NCBI GenBank assembly: GCA_002189035.1
Contig: NEEC01000013.1
Span: forward strand, 2,666,001-2,730,000
Origin: Utricularia gibba
Taxonomy: Eukaryota > Plantae > Magnoliophyta
Length of the DNA stretch: 64,000 nucleotides
Reading direction: 5' to 3'
Shown here: in pieces, positions 41,094 to 52,485 of the stretch
Numbering within the stretch: position 1 is the stretch's first letter
How the letters are laid out: each line of letters opens with the position of its first letter
The notes under the pieces: generated by a model
What the model was told of the DNA's origin: nothing
Databases searched by the model: none
Seen by the model: the letters and a program-made list of their open reading frames with translations, nothing else
Made by a program: the position numbers and the translations under genes

Positions 41094-41975
41094 TGTTCAC
41101 AACAACTCTCTATCTACTCTTTCCTATGCCATGGACAAACAAGATCCTAACTCAGACCTTCGTATATTAGACCATCACCACGCAGCATACCCACAAAACA
41201 TGACTTTAAGACAACTTAAAGCACCTGGTTGGTTGTAAGAGAACATGAGTCTACAAGAGTGCATCAAGTATACAGACTATTCAGGTCACTCCTACACACA
41301 CAAGTCATTAGCTAGACAATCCTGCTCAACTCAACTGTAACTACTGTGCTACAACAATTCATAGTAATACAGTACACGTCAAGAATTTCTGTACGAGGAG
41401 AGGAGAAAAGGAAGGGCTTTTTACTACTTGGGCCCCCCACCATCAAGATGAATTCCAGATTACTGTAAAGGGGTTGTCTTAAAAAAAAACTGTAACAGTG
41501 AACTCAAAGTCAAGTGTACTACGCGTGACAGACAAACACTAGTTCCCAATTGAAAAATTTGTCCCCAGCAAGGCATCAACAACAAAGACTTTCAACCCTG
41601 TCTACAACCTTGAAAGAATAATCCCTTCAGAAAACTCAGAAAGGTGCATACAAAACACAAACTGATTTTCCCAGAGCCGCCTTGGCATCAAAGAGAGACC
41701 TTTCATACCGTGTAGTCACCGTAGATTCATAAAAACCGTAGAACTCAACAAGCAACAGAATAAGTAAAAAGAAAAACGCTTACCCGACTAAAAAAGTTCA
41801 GCATGCTCAGTAGTTAGAGGCAAGGAAGAAGCCAAATTATTGGAGTTTGAAGGGGCGTGCACAGAGCAGAAATACTTTGTTTCTCTCTGCACACTGGAGA
41901 CCGAGGAGTGAGGAGAGACGGTGAGAGGGATAGAGACAGGGAGAGAGGATGAAGACTGCAATTCCACATCAGCAA

Positions 41976-42557
41976 CACGTGTCCACCCCTGAATATTTCT
42001 TTTTTCCAAGAATTTCTCCCTTTTCCTTCTTGTCTTCAGTCAACATTTTCAGATGATTGAAACCCACAAAATGTTGATCGCCGGTGGCTATCGTCTACCC
42101 CATTAATCATTTCACCTCAAGCTCCTGATCATTACCAGTCGGTTTTCATCAAACTTCAATTTCAAAAAAATAAATTCACTTATATTTCTTGCTATGACCA
42201 TTAGGATTTTATGCCGAGAAAGCACCGCCCTTTGAAAGAACATCAAAAAACTGTCAAGCCGATGTGGTGAAACGTGCGTGGAAGAACTTGAGAATATTCC
42301 AAGCAAAAGACGTTCGCCATTCCTCTTCAACCACGTGGCCACGTGTTTTTCGCAATTCGTTAACCAATTCATAATGATGGTCGGTGTCGAGATGTCGCAA
42401 TTTGATTGGCTGCGACACTCGCCAGCTGGCGGTTCACAAAGGTATTTATTTATTTGTTGTTAATACCGCGCGTCACTCATCGCACCCGTCCACGTGGACG
42501 GCTATAACACGTTCGGCGCGAAGGCAGCTGTCGACAACCCCTACGACTAGGCACGTG
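41976..42557. promoter_or_regulatory. Cluster of five G-boxes between the GBF and DUF2358 genes
   Basis: CACGTG at 41976, 42332, 42340, 42491 and 42552; TATA-like tctataaat at about 42691. Confidence 0.7.
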
Positions 42558-42868
42558 GCCACGATCATCCCTGTCCGCGGACGTTGAAGGTAAATTTAAT
42601 TGGATTTGATGGCTGCCTTTCGTGTCCGGAAAGTGGACCCCACCCTCTCTCTTTTTTGGGCTTGGGTTTGCGGTTTCCCGGCCCAAAGCTTCTATAAATG
42701 ATAAAGCTGAGAGGCGGGGCTTATCCGTCCACGTTTTTGCCTTCTAGAAGACAACGAATATTCTAATGGGTTTTCTCGCGATCCGACTAAAACCTTCCGC
42801 TTTCCCGGATGTGCGCGATCCTTGCATTCGAAAGCTGCTGAACGAGATCCTTGCATCCTGTTCCCACG

Positions 42869-43939
42869 ATGACGATTTCGCTGCCTTCCCCGGGAATTTC
42901 GATGCCGCTAAGAACGTCGTTTCCGTTAGCAGGAAGAGGAGGAGGAAGCGGTAGTTCTCGCAGGATGTCGTTTACGATTTGCTCAGGTGTTACGAGCTTG
43001 GAAATGGCGTCAATCGGATCGGGGGTTGTTAAGGATTTTGAACGAAACCTAAGGATGTTGTACGGAACCGAGCCGGAGGAGGAAAAGAAGAAACAGGATT
43101 TTTACGTCAGTACAGGGTACGCGATTCGGACACTAAGAGAGGAGTTTCCGCTGTTTTTCGATCGGGAGCCCAGCTTTGATATCTATAGGTAACGCATAAA
43201 CTGGAAAACTCCCCTGCTGATTTCGTATGCCATTCCGTTCCTAGATCAAGTGTTGATAGAAGGCGATTTTTTTTTTTTTCCCATATGGGATGCCGATATG
43301 TCATTTCTTTTTGTTCAGACTGGTCTGCATTGACCAATATAGTTTACAGAGATGGATGCATTGGTTGACAGTCGACATGGACAAGTCCTCTTAAACATGG
43401 CTTTGGTTTGCTTATGAGTACAATAACTTTTATGAGCGTTTTTCAGGGAGGACATCGTGTTCAAGGACCCAATGAACACATTTTCTGGCATAGAAAAGTA
43501 CAAAACGATCTTCTGGGCTCTAAGGTTGAATGGGAGGATGCTGTTTAAGGCATTATGGGTTGACGTTGCAAGTGTGTGGCAACCTGAAGAGACAATGCTG
43601 ATAGTTCGCTTTACAGCTCATGGCGTGCCCCGAATCTCCTTGGGTGGGGAGAGCCATAGCAGATTCGATGGAACCTCAGAGTATAAGTTCGATAAGGATG
43701 GGAAGATTTATGAGCACAAGGTGCACAACATTGCTCTGAATGGACCCCATGGGTCCCCCATTTCTAGTGTGGATCAGTTGATCCTCTCTGTAGGGTGCCC
43801 TTCTACCCTGAAACCAAGTTGTTTCCAGTCTGCTGATCCTCCTCCTCCTCCTCCTCCTGATTCAAGGTGCATCAGGCTGCTCAAACATGAAAAACAGCTC
43901 CACATCCCTCTCTCTGGCCATCACTTGAGATGTGATTGA
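42869..43939 (+). CDS. DUF2358 (SnoaL-like) protein with probable plastid transit peptide, 2 exons
   Basis: EEKKKQDFYVSTGYAIRTLREEFPLFFDREPSFDIYR|EDIVFKDPMNTFSGIEKYKTIFWALR...SRFDGTSEYKFDKDGKIYEHKVHNIA; Ser/Arg-rich N-terminus. Confidence 0.85.
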
Positions 43940-44448
43940 ATGTGAGTGGGATGTCCATGTTTCTTGTATACACACACACACACATATGGAGGTCTTCAGC
44001 GGCCACGAGTTTTGGAACTCCGGTATGTGTATATACTGTATAGTGTTTGTTTCTACACTTGACGACAGCGAGTCCATGGCCTTCCACTTTGAATTTTGAT
44101 CAGTGTGTCGAATTAACAGTAATATTTTATTTATATTTTAAATTGTTAAAAAAAAATTATGAATCTTTGCACCAACCTCCGTATGTATTTTGAAAGGTTT
44201 AATTGTAGTTTAAATCGTGAATAAATTATTTATTTTTTAATATATATTTTTTCTAAAAATAGAAATATTGATTAAATATATACAATAACTTCGTTTGGGC
44301 TTGGGATATAAAAAGTGTATCCCACATTGTATTCAAAGCCCAGTTAGGTTTCCCAACTCCCGCCTTCGGGCGCGTTCCAAAATTTTGTAAACCGTGGCGT
44401 ATAAATACTAGGAATCTGCAACAGTAACACCTTGCGAGGTTGGGAGCG

Positions 44449-47077
44449 ATGACGGAAAGCGGTTCGTCCACACATCCGATATGCTCGATCTGTTTCGAAG
44501 ACCTGAAGCCTATAATCGAAGACCTGCAATCAATTTCCATCTGTGGTCATGTTTTTCACGAGCTCTGGTAGGAGTCTTTCTTCATGCTTCGCAGGATTGG
44601 TTCTGTTTGGTGAATGTAGTTCTGCGTGTTTTTGAGGGAACTTGTTTATGAATGAGAGTTCGTTTAGCTGTGGACCAGTGGACAGTTCTATTGGACATTC
44701 TGTAGTTGTGTTTTATTGCCTATCGATAATTCGTGTAGCCCTAAATTTTCAAGTTAGCGAAGGCGATTTCCCTTTACAAAATTGCTTTTGAAGGCATGGG
44801 ATTGATTAGTATCCCGCTGCACTATGGCTACTGCTATTCTAAGTTGGGTTTGTATCGAAACTTAGTGCTTGTTTCGAACGTTATCATATCCTCTAGATAT
44901 GTAGTGTTGGTGGAACTGGTTGTTTTTTATGTGCTAGGATTTATTTTAAGATGATAACTTTATTGAATTCACAGCCTTCAACAGTGGTTCGAATACTGTC
45001 CAAATACGAAGAAGAGGAGCTGTCCTGTTTGCAAACAAGCCTGTACAAATGCAAATGTTGGGCGTCTGTATTTCCAGTCTGTTGGTGATTCAAATGATTC
45101 TAATCTATCTCAGAAACAATCCGGATATGGCAGAAGCCACGAGGATATGCAGAGCGATATCTGTAAATTGGAAAGAAAAGTTGCGGCTCTCACTTCCAGC
45201 TTGGAGCAACAACGTAGAGAGCTGAGAGAAATCAATGAAGAGGTATTTCAAGTTCTTTTATGGATCTAAATTCCAAATTCCACTAGTTTTAAAAAATCTT
45301 GGTATCTGTATTGCAGCTAGCATCATGCAAGAAACAACTGAAAGCAGAAGTTGCTTTAAAAGATGAAGCTATGATCAAGATGTTAAATTTCCAGCAGCTG
45401 GTGCGAGTAAAATCTGATGTAAGAATTTTTTTTTTTTTTGAATTTTTGATATATTAAATTTGCAAGAGCATTGATTCCATAAATGAATGGATGAAGATAC
45501 CGCAATCGTAATGAAATCGGTGGTTTTTAATACAGGCACTAGATAATTCAACTTTGGAATGCATGAAGTTGCAAGAGAAGAATATGGCCTTAGCGAAGGA
45601 ACTTGCAGCAATCAAACTGTATGGGAAGATTGCTATAATTTTTGATCGTTTTCCCCTAGTTACGCACTGTGTATTGTTCATCCTTAATTCCATTCCGTGT
45701 GCGTGCTCTAGAGCCTGTGATACAGAATTGGAAGAAGATGAGATTACAAAGCTTGCATCATTTGGTAATGGGGTCGGGAGCAGCGAAACAGTTGCTCTTC
45801 TGAGAAAGACGTTGGTAACCCGCAACAAGTATGAACTGTATATTTCATTGACGGTTCGTGTTGAGCGTTTTCAAGACGATATAATTGACACAAAAATTCT
45901 ATCCCATTGAACACATTTCATATACAGGAGTTATAAGGAGCTAATGGCCAAGTGCAATAGTTTGGGAAGAGGAGAAGCCAGATGTCTGCGTAAACTTGAA
46001 AAGGCCGAAGAAAAGATACTGAAGTTAAAGGTGAATTACATTCATATACTTTTTGGTAATGGATGCATCGGGTGTAGATTATTTTTACTTTCTAATGCTC
46101 CTTAGTTTACAGTTGAGAGTCCAAGAACTAGAGACTACCCTCGAAACCAAAGAAAATGCCGTTTTGAGAGGGATGAAATATCAGAAAGTTGAACTTGGGA
46201 CTGATTCATATGGAAGTACAAGACCTCCAAACTGCTTCAGTTTCAATGAAGATGATTATGCATTGGATTCATCAAAAGCAAACTACTCCAAGCCTTTAAG
46301 CGTTCAAAGCACAATGGATCTTGATTTATCTGTGTGTATTGGTGCACCAGGTGATCTGGAGAATGGGCATTCTGTCATTACCCGTGGCACAGATGTTCAA
46401 TTCTTTGTTCGTTCTGTACCTTCCGTTGGACAAAAGTGTGCAAACAGTGGCTCTGACACCCCTATGGACACCAAAATCGATGATGTTGTAGTCATTGATG
46501 ATGAGAAAAGCCCTGCTTCGTTTTCACCGATCATCCCAGATGTCGATAGACCCTCTGTTCCCTTAATGGAACCTGGTATGTTAGGTACTACATCTTCTGT
46601 CACCATGCATCTGTTGCTATGATTTTGCAGTATGTGATCTCTACTTTCCAAATCCTAGCAGGTAGCAGTGTATGTCCCAGTGGAGACAGCTGGTCATCGG
46701 GAAAATGGTTCAACAAGTCAATAAAACGGCATTCTTCTGCATTTACTCTTGGGATGCAGGGATCAATGGTTGGGTCTTGTGGTGATTTGATTGCAGTTGG
46801 AGCTGACGGAAGAGGTGGTCGAATCAAAGTCATGCGGCAGCCATTGGTATGTCGTCACAGTTTCCTGATGATAACTATTTATGTATTCGTCAAAACATTT
46901 TCATCATCCACACCAGCATGTTACATTTTTGTCTTCTGTTGTATTTCGAAGCATGAGAACAGCACAAGCACCTCCTTCTTGGAGAAGAAGAACGCGCATA
47001 CTTCCAAAACACAAATGAAGTTTAATCAGCGTCAAGGGCACTTGCAGATTGAGCATTTCTTCAGTAAAAAAAGCTGA
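44449..47077 (+). CDS. TRAIP-like RING/coiled-coil E3 ubiquitin ligase
   Basis: ICSICFEDLKPIIEDLQSISICGHVFHELC|LQQWFEYC...CPVCKQ, coiled-coil exons, SSGKWFNKS...DLIAVGADGRGGRIKVMR and C-terminal LQIEHFF (PIP-box-like). Confidence 0.85.
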
Positions 47078-47936
47078 TGACCAGGTTTGTAAAAGATCCT
47101 TGATCGTTTTTTTTTTCAATCAGATGTGACTAAATTTTTGCGTTACAAAATGTAAAAACATGAAACTCAATTCCATGGGGCAAATGAAACAAGCGCGTGT
47201 TAATCTGGGGATTTGTCTGGAATGTAGAAGACAAAGAACTGGATTTGGCCATCGACCTCCCAGTTGACTATCAGCAGCACTTGTGGACCACAAGCGCCTG
47301 ATTTTATCATGCCACAAGGATTTCTAGGGAGGTATTTCTAATGGCTTTGTACAAAAAAACTTAGAGCTGCTTAAAAAATGAAATGTTTTTTTTTTTAATA
47401 TTACTGCAGTTTTCAATTTTGTTATGATTAAGATTAGCTGAAAATGACCTAGTAAAATCATGCGACACAGGATTTTGATGAAGGTTATTCTGTCTGAACA
47501 ATCTTTCTACCCAAGAATATTTTGATGCTTGTCTGCATTAACGACATGATTTGGGTATGATATACTTTGGTTGTACTCTTGTGAATATCCTGCTTTTCAT
47601 CTCATTTTCATTTCATTACCCAATTGAGCTACTAACAAACAAAACTATAGCAATCAAATTTGTGGTGGTGGGGTTCCTCTAGCCTGCAAATTTCCATCTC
47701 TACTTCCTTGTACCAACATGGTGACCGTGACAACCAAACTTTCCATGGCTGCTTGGGGAAGGCAAACTTGTTAAACATTCCAACACCACAAAGATGGATA
47801 CTTCAACAACTTCTTAAGGTACACATACATACACACACACACACACACACATGTAATATCACTTACGGGAACAGTAGAGGCTTGGTTGAATGGTGAAGCC
47901 ATTTTGATTGCAGTATAGACCCTCCATGGTTGGTAC

Positions 47937-48586
47937 CTAGCAGATGACACAGGTGTTGGGGTTTTCTTCAAGGTAGTGGTAAGGTTTGTAAACTGGAATT
48001 GGATAGTAGTAATAATAAGGTTTATATGGAACTGCCACCATTTCCTTTTCCTCTTCTTCTTCCTCTTCCTCTTCCTCATCTTTCTTCTCCTCCTCTTTCT
48101 TGGCTTCTTCTTTCTTCTCTTCCTCTTTCTTCCCCCCTCCTTGGCCTCTTCTTTCTTTGGTTCTTCCTTTGGTCCACATGAGATTATCCCCACCACCCAT
48201 TGATTCTTCCTCAATTTGCTTACCACATCCACCGGATCAACCACTCCGACTACCGTCAGTTTCTTTCCTTTCATGTCGATTGCAACCTCATCAATTCCTG
48301 TGCAGATCAATGAATCTAAAGCAGATGCACAAGGACAAAACCCCAAATACTGGAAACACAATAACAAATCCAAAGGTATGTTCAGGGCAGTGTGTGAGTG
48401 CTTGGTCAACACCTGCAAGGGAGGAAACAGTCTTCAAAGCCCTCCTTTGCAGCTCCCTGTCATCCTGTAAATCCAGTTTCAGCACAAGCTTCTGCCCAGA
48501 CAACAATATCAGATGAGCCAAGAACTGCGCATTCATTCACATGCATAACATTTACTGCAGCTCAAGACAAAGAGGTAAACCTTCAT
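47937..48586 (-). CDS. Heavy-metal-associated isoprenylated plant protein, HIPP39-like; apparent frameshift at C6 48132-48137
   Basis: MK|[26 protein letters not shown]|[31 protein letters not shown], Glu/Lys-rich tract and [10 protein letters not shown] (CaaX-like end). No CxxC metal motif, as in this HIPP clade. Confidence 0.88.
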
Positions 48587-49142
48587 GCCCTTTCAGTTCT
48601 TCCAGAGTGAAAAGAAGTCCGGGTGTAAAAGCCAGGCAACAAGAGTGAAAGATATCAATAGCACATTAATGAACTAGCAAAACCAAGATATAATACTGAT
48701 GGCCTCTCATTCTCATTGTCTCATGATGTTTTTGTTTAGTTTGCATGTATGGAATATCGATGCATGTACCTACAGGGCATCGACAGACGATGGTGACAAT
48801 GACAATGACTTTCATTGACCAAGTAAATGAAAAACAAGATAGCATTGAGAATCACTTCACTTATCCACAGGAATATCAATCCTCAGCTGATTGCTTCATG
48901 AACAAAGTCCATGGCCCCTCTATTTACATTAGCAGGATTATCAGTTAGAGAGCAGAAATTTGTCTGAATCGTCTTGATGATCCTTTTGGATGGACAGTGT
49001 GGAATTTGATACATGTGCGATGTATCAGTCATGGCAGAAGGATTTATAAAAAAAGCTATTAGCTAAAAAATGTTACAAGGGGTTAAAGAAATCACAGATT
49101 TTACAGCATTTCCTTGCAAGTTCAAGAAGCAACAGGCATGAG

Positions 49143-50612
49143 CTATACCAGGGTATGAGTAAGCAAGGCAGGTGCTAGCAAGAATAGCAATTGAGTTATT
49201 GCAGGCAAACCGGGCACAGAGGACAAGTTGAATCCTTCTACTGAGTAGGCATTTCCAGTTGCTTCATCTCGCAACTTGATGGTGGATGAACAGTTATATG
49301 GCGTCCATCCGATTGCCTGGTTTTCGAGGTCGTAGACGACGAGCTTATTTTGTAGAACGATGTCTCCCAGCAAGGTTAGTTGGCTTCCATCTTTTGTCTG
49401 CAGTCCACTGTTTTGCCAACCTATGCAGTACTCTGTATCACGAACTTCAAACAGGTAGTCATGGGGATGAACAGTCAGGGAGAGTGAGCCCTGGAAGCGG
49501 AAAGTGACTACCGGGAATCCATCATCCACGGCTCCGGTGAACCGGAAACAGGTGAACTGGCGCTCAACTGTGTAAGTTTCCAAATAGGGCTGATGTGCTC
49601 TTATCTTGTTCATAAACTGCTGGTAAACTAGAGATGGGAGATATGCCAATGTCGTCCCACTGTCGATTATAGTCCCTCCGCCGGATCCGGTGTCGAACAG
49701 GTCTGTAGGAAGGTCCAGAGGTCGACCATCTACCTCAATTGTCTTGAGATTTACATTATAATGCTGCTGCTCACGGATGAGTGGAGTTGTGTTCACCTTT
49801 GGCTGCACCACTTCTCCAATGGCGAAAATCCCTCCTCCACTGTTCCCATCCAAGCAATGTGAAAACACCTTCTTAACTTTCCCAGACAACGCAAGCTGTG
49901 AAAGAAGGGATGTATTGGCTTGTCCGAAGCCGATTATCCCATCAACTGCTTCACTGGAGGATCCCAATTCTCCAGATTGCTTCGAGGAACAGCCGAATGC
50001 AAAGGATCCGTTCAGTGGAGAGGTCTGAAGGTTCCCAGTTACTTGATCAAATCTGATCACGTCTCTCACAAAGTGCCCCTCGCTTCTGCTTCCATCTCCG
50101 TAGGTCACCGAGTACTCACAGCTCATTCCCTCTTGGCAATTCGAATTCGGACCGCTAAATGCAACATCGCAGAAATCTTGATCACAAGTGATCAGTTTTC
50201 CAGACGATGAAGCCGCTAGATCGTACCGTGTCAACGGAATATTGAGATCGCTTTTCTGCGGGCAATTCTCACAGTATTTGCAATACACCCACATAATATC
50301 ACTTCCTGTATCAACCTGTACGTAGTATTCAGCAGCAGGAGTCCCAATACCGATCTTCGTGTAATACAGCGCGGAGCCCGTCGGCGAGCCATCGCCGCCT
50401 AATGGAAAATCGATGGCGGTGAGCATTCTGCCATGGCGCAGTGAATCGTGTAACCGCAGCGCACCCAAGGGCATCCCCTCCCTGCTGCCACGACTTCGGT
50501 ACCTGTGACCAACTTCGAACACCAGATTGCAGAATACCAGCTGAAGCTGAAGCAAGAATACCAAAACTGGGATCGGCAAGAAGCCGCAGCAGTTCCTTCG
50601 GTGGATCTCCAT
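49143..50612 (-). CDS. Intronless A1 aspartic protease, A36/A39 (GPI-anchored)-like
   Basis: Single ORF (ATG at 50612): signal peptide, RHGRMLTAIDFPLGGDG, YYVQVDTGSDIMW, IIDSGTTLAYL, LLGDIVLQNKLVVYDLENQAIGW and a hydrophobic GPI-like tail. Confidence 0.93.
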   Translation of the reverse strand: MEIHRRNCCGFLPIPVLVFLLQLQLVFCNLVFEVGHRYRSRGSREGMPLGALRLHDSLRHGRMLTAIDFPLGGDGSPTGSALYYTKIGIGTPAAEYYVQVDTGSDIMWVYCKYCENCPQKSDLNIPLTRYDLAASSSGKLITCDQDFCDVAFSGPNSNCQEGMSCEYSVTYGDGSRSEGHFVRDVIRFDQVTGNLQTSPLNGSFAFGCSSKQSGELGSSSEAVDGIIGFGQANTSLLSQLALSGKVKKVFSHCLDGNSGGGIFAIGEVVQPKVNTTPLIREQQHYNVNLKTIEVDGRPLDLPTDLFDTGSGGGTIIDSGTTLAYLPSLVYQQFMNKIRAHQPYLETYTVERQFTCFRFTGAVDDGFPVVTFRFQGSLSLTVHPHDYLFEVRDTEYCIGWQNSGLQTKDGSQLTLLGDIVLQNKLVVYDLENQAIGWTPYNCSSTIKLRDEATGNAYSVEGFNLSSVPGLPAITQLLFLLAPALLTHTLV

Positions 50613-50884
50613 AGCCACGGAGCGGCAAATCCAAGTAAGCTGCTGCTGCTCCTGCTGAATAAAGAAATGGATTATTGAAGAAACAGGAGAGATCTAAGGA
50701 AACGGAAATTGGAAATTGTGCACGTTGACCTTATAGCGCTAGGGCATATGGTAATTATTCTGAAGATGACGGGCGGATGTTTAATTTTGTATACCTTAGG
50801 TGGCAAGAAAGTGAGGAGAATATTATAAGGTTCATTCGAACGCTGGAAGAGTGTAAAGAGAAAATCTTCTGAATTGGCGGTAAA

Positions 50885-51726
50885 ATGGCGCTGCAGTGGA
50901 TGATAATGGCGTACGTCGTCGCCGCGGAGGCGGTGGTGGCGCTCATCTTGACTCTTCCGTCACCGAAATTGATCAGATCTCGTATTGTGTCGCTTGTTTC
51001 TCTGGTTCTTCAGCCCGCGCTATTCGTCGTACCATTCTCTGCGTTTCAGCTTCTAGGTATACTTTGTTTTTCTCTCGGTAGGCTTTCCTGTGATCTGTAA
51101 TTTGATGATTTGCCGTTCTTCGAGTGACTTGTAGACATTTATTGGAAGAACGAGCATCGGCTGATGTGTTCCGGAGAGACGTGCACTGCCGCTGAAAGGG
51201 ATCGATATGAGAAATCGGTAACTTCTTTAGATTTTAGGCACGGTTTCAATCCTCGTTCGAAGAGAAGTCTACTGTTTTGTTTCTGTATCCATATTTTGTT
51301 TATTTAGAATAGCTGCTTCTCGTTTGTGATCTCTGCATATTGGATGAAACTATGGTACCTATTCTTTTTAACAGCATTTTTTTGATTCAAGATGTGTAGC
51401 TTATGAGTGCCAACACATATTACCCCCTTTCTTCCACTTGCTGCTCGGTTGTGTTTTTCTTTTTGTCCTTATGATGCTATGAAAATTGCAGATGTACAAG
51501 GCTCAAAGGAACTCTATTCTGTGTGTGGTATCCTGCCTTCTGTACTGGTGAGCAGCTGCTTGGAAAACTCATTTCTTGATCTTCTTCTTCTTCTTCTTCT
51601 TCTTGCTTCTATCTTCATGCTGTGAGAGTAAAATAACGGGATGGCAGGTTCATTTATCGCGTCTGCAAGTACAACAGGGAGGTAGAAAGGATGGAGGAGC
51701 TGGAAAAGAGGTACAAGGGTGAGTGA
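50885..51726 (+). CDS. B-cell receptor-associated protein 31-like small ER membrane protein
   Basis: MALQWMIMAYVVAAEAVVALILTLPSP...|IYWKNEHRLMCSGETCTAAERDRYEKS|MYKAQRNSILC...|YRVCKYNREVERMEELEKRYKGE*. Confidence 0.85.
51581..51603. repeat. (CTT)n microsatellite in a BAP31-like intron
   Basis: cttcttcttc ttcttcttct tct read directly. Confidence 0.85.
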
Positions 51727-52485
51727 GTTTTTCTTTATGTAAGCTTCATGAAACGCACATGAATGAATAACAAGGGGTTCACTAGAAATGAGAAATGGGG
51801 TAGGGTGCTTAATCTCTCCGTTGCAACGTTTTATCTCAAGAATTTTCACTTGATGGATGTTATGACGTATGAAGTTTATTTAAAAAAAGGTGCTAGTTCT
51901 GTCAAAGCATTCTAGGTACCCATTTTTTTTCATCGTGTTGCGTGTGTGTTTTTTCCTTTCGTAATGTAATCTCTCCGAGCTCGTGTGGGCTCCGTGTTGT
52001 ATTCTTTATACGTGGGCCAGGTCACAGGCTATGGTATAATTATAAACATATTTTTTAATACACATAATTTGTAAAATATTTTCAAACAAGTTTTCCAAAT
52101 GGTTTATGAAACGTTTACATAATTTCGATTTCCCAATAACTTTATTTTTTCAAACATTTTAAATCATAATTAAAATTCTTGAATTTGATTCAATTCATCA
52201 TAGAAATATATAATTAAATAAAACATTTCAAATCCGCAAGCTTAGGCTACGTCAACTTTACACCTGACTTTCATTTCGGATGTCAAAATGGAAGCGCGGA
52301 ATGGAATAATTTGTGATAATTCACAAGATATAACAAAGGAGCCACACCACCACAAGGCAAGGGCACCAACAGCAGGGGAACAATAAAAGAGAGACAATCG
52401 CTAAACTAAAGGGCATTGCATTGCTGATACAGAGAATTCGAGAAGATAAGATTAAAACAAAAGTGAGAGAAGACGGGAGGGAGTC

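Noticed and set aside
43970-47852. Short (CA)n tracts at about 43970-43984 and 47825-47852
   Set aside because: Ordinary 3'-flank microsatellites.
47771-48516. Long Lys/Arg-rich and Phe/Leu/Ser-rich ORFs around the HIPP gene
   Set aside because: These are alternative-frame and antisense readings of a GAA/AAG-rich low-complexity coding tract.
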